A DNA stretch of 63,349 bases, the filler included, from Octopus bimaculoides (taxonomy: Eukaryota), in the NCBI RefSeq assembly GCF_001194135.2. It is 4 parts of 4 records of this genome, joined end to end, with 100 filler letters (N's around TTAATTAATTAA, not from the genome) between each part and the next. Parts side by side here need not be neighbours in the genome. Positions count along the whole stretch, not along the records: positions 16,174 to 42,102 come from NC_068994.1; positions 42,203 to 60,500 come from NC_068987.1; 2 more parts are not named here. One strand, given 5' to 3'. Positions 39,535-51,235 of the stretch are shown one piece after another (within the stretch, counting starts at the first letter, position 1; each line of letters starts with the position of its first letter). Made by a program: the position numbers and the translations under genes. The notes below the pieces were generated by a model, which worked only from the letters and a program-made list of their open reading frames with translations, was not told the origin of the DNA and ran no database searches.

Positions 39535-40188
39535 AAATCGTACTGTACAGTTTTACAATCTATATAAAAGGAAATAAGAAGTAGATTTAAAGATAAAATC
39601 GAACATAGTAAAAAACCTTATCGAGCAACTTATCAAGGAAAAGGTATATAATTAGTTTCTACAACCATTGAGAATGAAAGAGGTGCAAACCTATTTTTTC
39701 CTTTGCAAACAAAAAATACCATAAATGCTTTAAAAAAAATAATGCAAAAATTTGTTATGATTTTATATTCAGCGTATCTAATCTAACTGAAAGAAGCATT
39801 ATGATTAATTTTAGACAAAGAAGTAAAAAATATTTCACCTAAAATGAAATTTCTGAAAATTATACAATGTTTAAATAGTAAATACCTCATAAACGGACTG
39901 TCTAAATCTGGTGTCGAGATTAATTATTGAGGTCTCAACAAAAAGATTCAGGAGCAAAAACTAACAAGGGGAAAAACAAAACTGCGAACAGCACAACGAA
40001 GATAATTAATTTTACACTGTAAGAAAGAAAGAAGTGGACGCTTCGGAGAAAGGTCCTTCACCCAATAGCAAGCAACGTAGAGGGGAAGGTGTTTGTATAT
40101 GTAGGGGAGTGTGCGAGCGTGCTATGTGAATGCGTGTATATAATAAGGAATATTGAAGAGGCTATTATGGAAACATTTCTGCCCTTAC

Positions 40189-40249
40189 CTGTGCTCCTCG
40201 GTATTGCATTTTTGTTATGGATCGGAAACGTTCTTGTCCTGCTGTGTCC
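40189..40249 (-). CDS. Rab GTPase coding exon 3, 61 nt (DTAGQERFRSITKMQYRGAQ)
   Basis: Acceptor tcgttgtttcag|, donor CAG|GTAAGG. G3 motif WDTAGQE and RabF3 RFRSIT. Confidence 0.96.
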
Positions 40250-40459
40250 CTGAAACAACGATGAATTTATGTGGTTTTAAAAAAATCAGTTATATACTTC
40301 AGTGGATTAAATAGCAAGTCATACAACAAGTAACGTAATGGCAATAGCAGTAAAGACTGCGGCAGTGCTGGATCATCGCCTTAAAGGGTTTAGTCGAACA
40401 ATTCCATTGCTTATCTTTTTAAAGTCTTGTATATGTTCGATCTTTGTGTATCTGTCAAT

Positions 40460-40496
<37 letters not shown>

Positions 40497-40676
40497 GAAT
40501 GTTTGTGTGTATATGTATGTTCGTATAAGTCTGTATGTACGTATAAGTCTGTATGTAGAAGAGCGATGATTCGGATTACGAAAACTGACAAAAAAAAGCA
40601 AACAAAAAAAAAAGAAAAGAAAAGAAAACACAAACAGAACGACGAAAACGAAAAAAAAAAAAGAAGAAAGACTTAC

Positions 40677-40737
40677 CACACTGCTAGCTGAATTCTTGCA
40701 CCGTCGACATTGAATGTTTTTTTCACAAAGTCGACAC
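40677..40737 (-). CDS. Rab GTPase coding exon 2, 61 nt (GVDFVKKTFNVDGARIQLAVW)
   Basis: Acceptor catcttttcgtatag|, donor GTGTG|GTAAGT. Completes RabF1 IGVDF in frame with exon 1. Confidence 0.95.
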
Positions 40738-41270
40738 CTATACGAAAAGATGAAATGACACAGCTATGTGATGAGTGTGTGAGTGTGAGTGTGTATATAC
40801 CTTATATATATATACACACAATACACAAGCATGCATGCATACATACATACATACATACTTAAGTGACTGTTTGAAAATGTCATTAAGATGCTACTTCTCT
40901 GCGAGGTGTGATATTGTGGACAAAACATTATATAATACAATCCTTGGAGAGTATATTCCTGAAGATGAATATATATATATAAAGTTATAGTGATGTAGAG
41001 AGCATACTAAATCATAATATGAAAGAATTCCGGAGCAATGTTCTTGTCAAAACCCCACTAAGATGTTAGCATAACACATGAACAATAATAATTTGAGAGA
41101 AATAAAAGAAAGTATGTACAGTAGTGGATATCAGTTGCTCAACAAATCTTAACAAACTATCGGTCGCTCTCTGACAGGTTTGTGTTGGAGCCTATGGCAG
41201 TGAAGACCTCCAGGTTCTATGTTAACAACCATGTACCTCGGATGGTCGCATGATTACGCATAATACTCAC

Positions 41271-41406
41271 CAATGGTGGGCAACATACTGCTGCGAAACT
41301 CTCGCCCAACCAAACAGTTGATCAGTGCAGTCTTTCCAACACACGTCTCTCCTAATACCAATACTTTATAAGACGCATCAGCAATGTTGGAATGTGATTG
41401 CTCCAT
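41271..41406 (-). CDS. Rab-family small GTPase, coding exon 1 (MEQSHSNIADASYKVLVLGETCVGKTALINCLVGREFRSSMLPTI+G)
   Basis: G1 P-loop GETCVGKT and G2 Thr (PTIG). ATG at 41406 in strong context (actATGG). Donor ATTG|GTGAGT at 41270, phase 1. Upstream acceptor tcttttggcag| at 41490 puts the exon start at 41489. Confidence 0.93.
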
Positions 41407-41489
41407 AGTGAAGTCTGCTGTCACATCAAACCCGCTTCGGTACTTCAGCACAAACTCTGCTTTGTAGGGTGAAAGATTTTCGTGTAGAT
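41407..41489 (-). other. 5' part of the ATG-bearing Rab exon (5'UTR, or in-frame N-terminal extension)
   Basis: 83 nt between acceptor and ATG, with no stop in the Rab frame. Confidence 0.6.
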
Positions 41490-41541
41490 CTGCCAAAAGA
41501 CGAAATTATATTAGAAATAATATGAGATATCGTTCATATAT

Positions 41542-41593
<52 letters not shown>

Positions 41594-41631
41594 ACACACA
41601 CACNNNNNNNNNNTGTCTGTCTGTCTTTCTG

Positions 41632-41684
<53 letters not shown>

Positions 41685-41727
41685 TTATGGTTTTTAGCAC
41701 ACAAAAATAGGAGCTTCGATTTACATA

Positions 41728-41877
41728 TTGGTTTCAAATTTTGCGACATGGCTAGCAATTTCTGGGAAGGAGCTAAGTCGATTACATCGACCCCAGTGTT
41801 GAACTGGTACTTATTTTATCAACCCTGAAAGTATGAAAGGCAAAGTCGATTCCGGCGGCATTTGAACTCAGAACGTG
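41728..41877 (-). mobile_element. SINE family B, partial
   Basis: Family B body blocks. Confidence 0.85.
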
Positions 41878-42102
41878 AAATGTAAAATATACTGACTAAA
41901 CGACAAAATATGCTACTGTCGTCATCAGCGGCTGAGCATTTCTAAGCAAAAATGCACAAAGCAATACTATACTGCTGTAAAGTGCATATTGTTGGTTGAT
42001 GCAGTGTATAGAATAGAACTGCGATTAAATAGGGAAGACTTCAATCCTTATGATATTGCATCCTCTTTTGATGTCACCTGATTTTGTAGTTGGAGTTATA
42101 CC

Positions 42103-42202
42103 NNNNNNNNNNNNNNNNNNNNNNNNNNNNNNNNNNNNNNNNNNNNTTAATTAATTAANNNNNNNNNNNNNNNNNNNNNNNNNNNNNNNNNNNNNNNNNN
42201 NN
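42103..42202. other. Artificial scaffold linker (44 N + TTAATTAATTAA + 44 N)
   Basis: Same construct as 16074-16173. Confidence 0.95.
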
Positions 42203-42255
<53 letters not shown>

Positions 42256-42262
42256 GAGAGGG

Positions 42263-42295
<33 letters not shown>

Positions 42296-42683
42296 CATGT
42301 ACATGTGTGTGTGTGTGTGTGGGTGTGTTCGTGTGTGTGTGTATGTGTGTGTGTGTGTGTGTAAAGTATAAACAATCACCGGTGAAATCAATAAGACTTA
42401 GCTGTTGAACTGTGTATGTAGAATTTATTTCAGAATCTATCCAAATTAGAATATGAGATGTTAGTGAGATCTTTGCGAGTTCGGGTCAAAAAATGATCTA
42501 AACATCGACCTAAAGCAAATCTGAAGGTGTCATGGCGACTTATCATTTTGGTAGGTGTATGACAGTAATGAGGAAAAGTTTCAATGCGATGGAATATTGC
42601 CAAAAATTCGTAATTACACATTAATTACGTACTTTATATATCGTAGAAATATTTTTTCACCTTATTAATTTGTTGCACATAAG

Positions 42684-42730
<47 letters not shown>

Positions 42731-42885
42731 ACACACACATACACACACGTATCACGCTTTCTTTCTCGCTTTCCTTCTTTCTTTTTCTCTTTCCTTCTTT
42801 CTTTCTTTTCGATACATAATATTCGTATAGCCATATATCTACGCATGCATTTTATACCCACAAAACACAAGCACATAAATACGTA

Positions 42886-43065
42886 CATGTGGCTACGTGG
42901 TAAGACGTGTGCTTCTTAACCGCATCCCAGATTCATGCCCACTGTGTGGTAGGTTGGGTAACTGTGTATTGCTATAGCCTCGGATCGACCGATGCCTTGT
43001 GATTGGATTTGATTGACGGAAACTAAAAGATGTCCTATAAATACGCACATACACACATACACACA

Positions 43066-43099
<34 letters not shown>

Positions 43100-43745
43100 T
43101 GTGAATGTGTGTGTGAGTGTGTGGGTGTGTATGTATGTGTTTGTGTCTGTCCCTTGCTACGGATTGACAACCAGTGTTGGTGCGTTTACCTCCCCGTAAT
43201 TTAGCAGTTCACATGCAGTGTTCGAGATATTTTTTGTTGGCACTCCGTCACTTACGACGTCGAGTTTTCCAGTTGATCCGATCAATGGAACAGCCTGCTC
43301 GTGAAATTAACGTGCAAGTGGCTGAGCACTCCACATATACGTGTACCCGTAACGTAGTTCTCGGGGATATTTAGCGTGACACAGTGTGACAAGGCTGACC
43401 CTTTGAATTACAGGCACAACAGAAAAAGGAAGTAAGAGTGAGAGAAAGTTGTGGTGGAAGAGTACAGCAGGTTTCGTCAACACTCCATGCCCGAACCTCA
43501 TGGAGCCTTAGGTGTTTTCGCTCAATAAACCCTCACAACGCCCGGTCTGGGAATCGAAACCGCAATCTTATGACCGTGAGTCCGCTGCCCTAACCACTAG
43601 TCCATTGCGCCTCCACATTCGAGAGCATAAGTACCAGGCTAAAAAAAAAATAATAATAAAAATAATGGATTTCATTCTTTCGACTGTAACTTTTCAAGTA
43701 GGGGCAGACCATGCTCGTCATCTAATGACTGAAACAAGGAAGTGC
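42886..43745 (+). mobile_element. Degraded SINE A interrupted by a SINE C copy
   Basis: Head at 42886, body to about 43210, and tail resuming at about 43620. Confidence 0.75.
43228..43617 (-). mobile_element. SINE family C, full length
   Basis: Close match to 39172-39534; TTCGAGA at 43221-43227 and 43618-43624. Confidence 0.92.
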
Positions 43746-44528
43746 TAACAGACACAAAATGCATACATACATACATACATACATACATACATACATCTAG
43801 CTGTACATACATACATTCGTAGTTGACGCTGTGTGGAATTAGTTTTCGTGTGAACAAATTCTTTTAGGAAGTGTATGATTGATCTTTGTAAAACTTTGTT
43901 ATGAAAGTTTTACCCGCTCGTTCGACGTAATGGCCTGTAGAAACATATTCCGAATCAATTTTAGTAAGGTGCTTATTTAAACACTTATAAAAATAGGAGT
44001 TAAAATGTGTGTATTTCACACCTTCGTGTATGGCACGAGTTGTAGCTAGCCACTAATAAAATTATTTCGTTCAATAACCAAATTTGACTTCTACGTCACG
44101 AGAGTACTACTCTTTCGATGTGTTTGCTGTAGAAAGCGAATCACCTCGTATAATTCAATAATGCTTTCTTGCTGTTGTTTTCGTTTCTGCTTAAGTTGAC
44201 TCACCTCAAGTAGGAGTTTGGCTTATGAGAACCCAATATTATAGTTTAGATTTCATGCATCTCGAATGATTTCATCCAATGTTTGTTTTCTACGTAACTG
44301 TAAAATAGTCCGGTCGCTAGTTCTTGTTCCGAAGCATAACGATAGGGAAGCACTCGTTATCTAGCGTTCAATAATGATTTTAGTTTCTATCTCTCTATAT
44401 AATACCCAACATGAAAATATTAAGTTCAACTTGTTACGTATAAAACATTTAAACATTTTGTTCATTCAAACATTTACAATTATCTATGTATAGAGTTATC
44501 TAACCTGTTTCCATAACTCTGTATTTAC

Positions 44529-44760
44529 CTGTCCTAAGCCAGGACACAACGTGAAAACGGTGGTCCACGGACTAGCACTCAGTGATCGGAATCACTGAGG
44601 AACACATACACGATGAGAAAGCTACAATCGCTGCAAAAACATGAAAGGAAACATCGCGCGTTACGAAGAGGAAGTCGAACCTCAATTTACGGCGACACCA
44701 GAGAACAAGCCGAGAATTTGCCTGGTCCCTGGAGAAGGGTTTGATTCTAGGCACTAAACA
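44529..44760 (-). promoter_or_regulatory. Candidate non-coding first exon / promoter-proximal region of the Rab gene
   Basis: Locally CpG-rich unique sequence ending in donor CAG|GTAAAT (44528). The 5' boundary is a guess, and the region lies across an assembly linker from exon 1. Confidence 0.25.
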
Positions 44761-47219
44761 AATGCTCGAATTGCCACTTCGAACGTTTGAAAATTTAACT
44801 AATGTAGATTATTATAAATACCAACATTTTAATTATTTCAGTTCAACATTGAGTTTGTTTAAAGAAATGTGCTTGTGTTTCCGTGAAAATCACTCCTGTG
44901 ATTATTGTCCCTCAGTTATTTTCAGATTTAATCCTTATTTTTAATATCATATTATAAATATTCATTCTCTTAGAATCCTTTCGGTTGAAATCTACCCCGA
45001 AATTTAAACACCGATCTAAGGAGACAAATTCTAAGCTGTTTTACATTTTAGACATTGAAATGAGCTAGCCCTCAAATCTAGACATATTCCTACAATTTTA
45101 AAGATATATAAATTTTGTCACGGATACACGGTCTGAATAAAGTGTAACTAGTCAGAGCCAGAACGCCTTAGTTTAAAAAACAGCTTGGTCGGACTGAGGC
45201 AGAGAAAAAAGAGATACAGCTCTCAACGTAACTTTATCACACTTAGAACGCTACGATGTAAAACTGTGTCCAGGTAAAAATATTCAATATTTAATCTTTC
45301 TGAATTATGTCTGACCTTGTAAAGTAATAAGATGAACTTGTTTGCAAAGTTAATGTCTCCTATCAACTTTTATCTCTTTATCATTTTATAACAAGAAAAG
45401 TTAATATTTAAGAAGGCAAAGTGGAAGCATTCAAACGTTAGTTCAACTTAATCAAAATAGCAAATATATCTTCTTTACAATTCACTCTATCTAAAAATTA
45501 TGTGCTCCGACATCTAACAAATCATGTGGAATTGCCAAAAATTCAGAACTTTTTGAACATGCAGTCTTCTAAAGCTCCTCTTCACCAGACAGGCTTCTGC
45601 ATAATTTCAGTCCATTCTAGCTCACTTACAGCAACTAGGGTGATCCGAACGTTATGACAAAATACACTTTCCATAAGGTGGAGGACGATGAGATCGAACC
45701 TAGAACCACACATTTGCGAAAGCGATCTTAACCAGGAGCACATACTTGATTATTTTCAAAATTCAAAAATTCAGAAATTTTTGAACATGCAGTGGAATAG
45801 GAAATAAAATGATGACTCTAGGAGTGTGACCAGTATTACTAACTTACAGCCGGGGAGGAAAATATTACCGAAAAGTCGACCAAGACTTGTGGTTACATAG
45901 ATTGTCTCTATTATATATCAGCACCTAATTATTGTGTAATTCCCTAGTGTTCGTCTCAGCAATTGAGGTGAGTACTATTTTGCTTCTTGTGAAATGGTAA
46001 CATTCCAGTGTTAAGGAAGCGCTTTTGCTGCTGGTAGTCACTGCACGTGGGCTTTGATACGGCTCCTGATGAGCGGACATACACCAAAGCGTCAGATTCT
46101 ACAATGATTTCATAGTGCCATCACCTTTCTTTTAGATATCTTTTACCATAGCTTGTCTCTTTGATTGAGCTGCTATTCGAGCAATTAACTATCTCGTGTT
46201 TCTGAAATTATGTCAGCCGCTCATAATAATCTATTCATCAAGTAATACAGTTGGCGAAACGTTCACACTGACAATCTAAATAAAACAGGCTGGAAGTGTG
46301 TGCAATATTATTTTCTCGTAAGCGCTAACCGTCGTCGACAATATATTGAGATATATGCCCGAGAATAATTTCGTCGGAAACAATATTCTCTAAAATTGCT
46401 GGTTTGTGGCAAATTCTAAGAACACAGGAATGAAGTCTACTGGATACTCTCAATTTATACACTGAGCGACATACTTTTCTCCGTTTGATCGCTGACGACC
46501 TATGAAGATTATTTCAGTGTTCTAGTCTAGATTGGGATGAGTTTTGGTTTCCAACCCAGAACGGAGTGAAGATCGAACCCCTACCTTCCTTTGTCAGAGA
46601 AGGGCAAATAGTTATATTTTCTCAAGTGAATGTGTTCGCAAGGTAGGCAAGAGAGATATGACGAAGTTAGATACATTTTCTTGAGCTAAAATCTCCATCG
46701 ATATCCTTATGCTTTACCTGGAGAGAAAGACGACATTCGCAATGAAGAGTTTACAGCGTATTACATTTTTTAATGATTAGTAAATAAAACGAGCTTGAAT
46801 ATTTTGAATCCTTTACCCCAACGGTATGCATGTAAGCCAGAGTTTCGGAACAGGAATTAAGCACTTACACCAAGTAGCCACTACAATCATGGATGTTTTG
46901 GCTTCCTAGATAAGAACTAAATTGTTTTTCTGACTATAAGGAAGATTTTCTCTGTGTTCATAAACATCTACATACGCTATCTTATCTGTCATATTTTCCC
47001 CATTCCTTATGTCACCTATTAGGTAATAAGGAAATTATCATTATAAATTTAGAATTAGCAGCAATATAGTAGTTGTTGCTATTACTATTCCACTTTATCT
47101 AAGGTTTGTCTTCCTCCTGTTCGTATTCATGTTAGTAGTATATTGATATGTTTATGTTAGTAGTATATTGATATCAGTACATTTTGATATCACATGGTTT
47201 TCAATATGCTTGAAATGCG

Positions 47220-50200
47220 CACACATTTTCTGATATTTGTTTTTCCCGTTCATAAGAGGCACTTTCTGCAAAAGAACTACAGGACACCTTCATATCTCTG
47301 TCTATATCATTACTCCAGTCACCTTCATCCATTTCTTTATATCATTACTCAGAATCTCTAATGCACCAATTATTGCAAATCCAAAACTTATATTTTTCAT
47401 ATCCCAAAATACCATAATTTCCAATTTTAAGAGATTGTAGTTTTTAATATTTCATCTTTCTTTAGAATCATGGAATCGGATGGAGATGATGGATCAATTA
47501 GTAAGCAACCTCGGTTCTACCTTGTCTACTATTGTTATATCTGGTTTAATATCTTCTAGCTTCTTATGCCTTAGAATTGGAAAATTCCATATATTCTTGC
47601 ATTCTCCAGCTCAAGCACTCTTTGAATCTGATAATTATACAAAATTTTACAGCGTCAGATCACCGTTTCTAATAAAACCACAAACGCAAAACATTCACAA
47701 CCTGGTTGTATCTCCATTGTTCTCTCACAGCTAATATTGGAACATTCTGCACAAAGAACACCATTTTTTCACACCATATCCCGCATAGTGTACATTTTGC
47801 TGACACTTTCGATCACCTGTTCCTTGTTCAGTATCTTTGGAAATATTTCTGTGTTGTTCTGTAGATATTCACATAGTTTTTTTCATTTCAATACTATATG
47901 GATAGTTGTTAGTTAAGAGATGGAGAGCTGTCTATACATGATATACGCAGTCTTCCATAGCAATGGAACTACTACCATCCTGGTCTCTCTTTTAAGTACA
48001 ACTGGCTTTCGTATGGTGTACTGTATACATAATCACCAACTTTCTGGGGGTTTTTTTCTGTCAACCTTCTGTATGTCGCTTTTGTGTCTAATCTACAATT
48101 CCGCCTCCATATCTGGTTATCCTTATTGCATTTTGTATTCATTACTTCAATAACTGCTTTTTGTCTCAACTTTGATTGTAATATTTTTCTCACGCTCCTT
48201 GTATATTCCCTATTAGAAATTAACTTCATCTTTTTCGTGTTTTGCTTCATCTACCTCCAGTATTTCCAAATACTTATTTAAATGTCCTTTCTCAACAGAT
48301 TTTATTGTTTGCCTATTATTTCCGTTCCCTTGTTTCCTTTCAGTATTCCTCGTTTCATTATCATAATAGAGTACTTTTCAATCCCAAATTCCACAACTAC
48401 CTCTATTGAGAAAATGGGGAAAATATGTACAAGACTTTCAAACTACTTCTCATTTTTGGATTAAAGCTTTATATCATCCATATATAAAGGAGATGATTTA
48501 TTCCACTATATTTTTTTTCATAAATCATAAGTTATTTTAACATCTAGTAATATCAAACTCAGGTCAATACAAATTGCAATGAAGATATGTTATCACCTTC
48601 AAATATACCACATATGATGGCCACTTGGCCAAGTCTTTATCTTCCTCCAATCAATTCAGAATTTCAATGTTAACAACTTTTAGTTTTCCATTTTCTCCAT
48701 ATTTTCTGTCACTCGAGACGTGGTCATTGTTTTACGTATACAAATGTGCCGTTCCATATCATATGACTTTCTGTAATCCAAACATGCTTCACTGAACCCC
48801 GTCAGTCTACATCGTCAATTTCTAATCCAGATTTTATCAACTAATAACTGGTCTTTTTGCATTTCTTTCATTCTACTGGAAGTAAATTTTTACTGCTCAG
48901 GTGACTTCAGGTCTTTTTCAAGCAGACTTACACTTCTACATGAACAATAAACTGCTTTTTGTTCGAAAATTTGATACAAATATATTTTGCGACGTAACAA
49001 GGTTCATTTACTTTTTATCCAGGTGGGGACATATTCCTGCAATAAAATTTCATCCATGCAATAAGCATTCATTCATGGAAGTGTGTAAATTTCTTAAGCA
49101 AGTAAACTTGTAGTCTACCAGGGCCAGATCCTTTCCAATTTGCTACCTTCTTTTAATACAGATCAGTTCTGACGTTTCTTTTCTTTTTCTTGGTAAAAAT
49201 GCAGGTTGTGTCTCCACTTGTTTCACACACTCTTCAATATCATTACGTCTCACTGGCCTGTTTCGAAGTTCTCCCCGAAACACTTTACATTCTTTCGCAT
49301 CATAAACAACTTCCTCATAGTGTTTCTCTAAAATTCCTCAAGAATACACCTATATAATTGACCAATTCTGTTCAAAACCTCTACATTTTCAATTTGGCGT
49401 TTCACGCTGCCACTCTTTGTGACAATTTTTCGTATACAGTTTGCTCTACCCCTTTTCTAACCTGTACCGTCTATTCTTTTAGCTGATTACTACCTCATTC
49501 TTGATACCTCTCCTTATCCTTTCTAAATGCCTCAGTTTTTTCCGTGCCATTACCAACTTCATTTGTATTCTCTTCAACTAGTTTGGTTCTTTCTTTTCCT
49601 TCTCCTTTTCTTCAATACTCTTCCGCATACATCCTAATAAGTCGGCTACAACTTCAGCAGCAGCTGGTTTGTTTCACTAATGTTCTCTGTTTTAACTGTG
49701 CCCAAAAGACCATTTACCTTATATCTGTCCATACACCTTTTATTTGGTAATACTTCGTTGTTCAGATCACACATTTTACCTATCAGCATTTGTAGAACGT
49801 CCTTCTCCTCATCGATCAAGTCTTCTGCAACATATACTGTCACGTTTCCTGCTAAATCACTTCCACTATTTATTTCATCAGAATTCTCAAGCACTTAGTG
49901 ATTTCCTTCTTTTTCAATTTCTTCTGTCGTTCCTTCACTACAATTGTCCTTTCACACTCTTAACTGATAATCTTTTATCCCCTAAATTCCTTCAACCTCT
50001 AATCTTGTAATTCAATCATTTATACGAACTACCTTCGCTTGCCCTATCACTCGTTGGGCGGAATATCCAAAAACCGTTTTTATCCTATATTCTATTCATT
50101 CCTTTCATGTAGTCTTTTTCATATGGCTCACTTCTCAACCATCATTCAATCACAAATTTGTTTACCCCACTTTTCTCATTTTATTCCACTGGATATTTGA

Positions 50201-50330
50201 ATTCAACTTTTATCAATGGCTTCATGACGATCTGTTGGGGCATGATCAGACAATCCTTGTTACCCGTTCGTGACAACTTTACTGTTAACAGTTCCACTCT
50301 TGTAAACGCATTTATGGTTGTTAGTTAAAT
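47220..50330 (-). mobile_element. Near full-length but heavily decayed R4/Dong-like (REL) non-LTR retrotransposon
   Basis: Collinear minus-strand remnants in element order: VKTENISETNQLL, NWKGSGPG, KDQLLVDK, INHLLY/MDDIKL (RT YMDD), EYTRSVRKILQSKL, IKPDITIVDK (PD endonuclease) and IIGALE. Many stops and frameshifts. Confidence 0.8.
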
Positions 50331-50448
50331 ATGATACCACTCATTTCGAGGTAACAGTTATAAAGTTCCGCCGTCAAATATGTTATTATTAATATCATTC
50401 TAGTGATGGGCAAGAGCTATGTCATTCTTGAAGAAACACTAATCAGAG

Positions 50449-50990
50449 ATGAGGATGAACTACCACATCCGTTCTGGAGGATTTTCGGGCCTGATGTTAC
50501 TATGGATAACTTCCAGAAATCCCCGAACTTGCAGTGCTGTCGAAGAGCACTGCAAGTTTGATACAATTGCTTCAGACAGGGAAGCGCTGTCAGACGGGTC
50601 TGTCCGAAAGCGAACAGAGCGACGAAGCTGTTTTACATGCACTCGTGCAGTGTCCCAGTATTGCTGACTTTCGGTGTTTTGTGGCCATGCGTGAAACGAA
50701 TCCGACAATCAGCCGAATCCATTGTGAGGACCCCCTACTAACCACCTTTAACCTTCCTCTGTCTAGTGTTCCCCTGACTAGTGGCTACGTCAAAAGAGGT
50801 TGTATGGTGGATGTGGCTGACAGAATTTTGGAAAGACACCTTTCTCTTCGGTCACGGTCTTATCAATTTTTATAACTTCCACTTAGAAAGGAAAGTGAGG
50901 GTAGAGAGTCAAGTGCTGCATCGCTGTGTACTTTGTGAGAGGGTGGACAGCTGTGGAAAATGTGGTTCCAGGAATGGCCCATTTTTATGT
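50449..50990 (+). mobile_element. L1/Tx1-like ORF2 C-terminal fragment
   Basis: EQSDEAVLHALVQCPSIAD and FLFGHGLINFYNFHLERKVRVESQVL; homologous to 4130-4480. Confidence 0.78.
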
Positions 50991-51057
50991 ATGTAAGGAG
51001 AGTAGGGGAAATGGCTCGTACTTTTCGTGTGGGTTATGAAGGCTCTGCGGACTCCTT

Positions 51058-51058
<1 letters not shown>

Positions 51059-51097
<39 letters not shown>

Positions 51098-51121
51098 GCT
51101 ACTTCTGCTGCTGCTGCTGCA

Positions 51122-51175
<54 letters not shown>

Positions 51176-51235
51176 GGTGGCGGTGGTAGTAGTAGCAGTG
51201 TTAGTGGTGGCAGTGTTGGTGCTGCTGCTAGTAAA
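51059..51235. repeat. (ACT)n/(GCT)n trinucleotide repeat
   Basis: Direct reading. Confidence 0.95.

Noticed and set aside
42147-42158. TTAATTAATTAA as a biological palindrome or homeodomain site (also 16118, 60545)
   Set aside because: Always centred in exactly 88 Ns; an assembly spacer.
50640-50665. Minus-strand YWDTARV resembling the Rab G3 motif
   Set aside because: It is antisense to a Tx1 fragment and upstream of exon 1; the true WDTAGQE exon is at 40189-40249.
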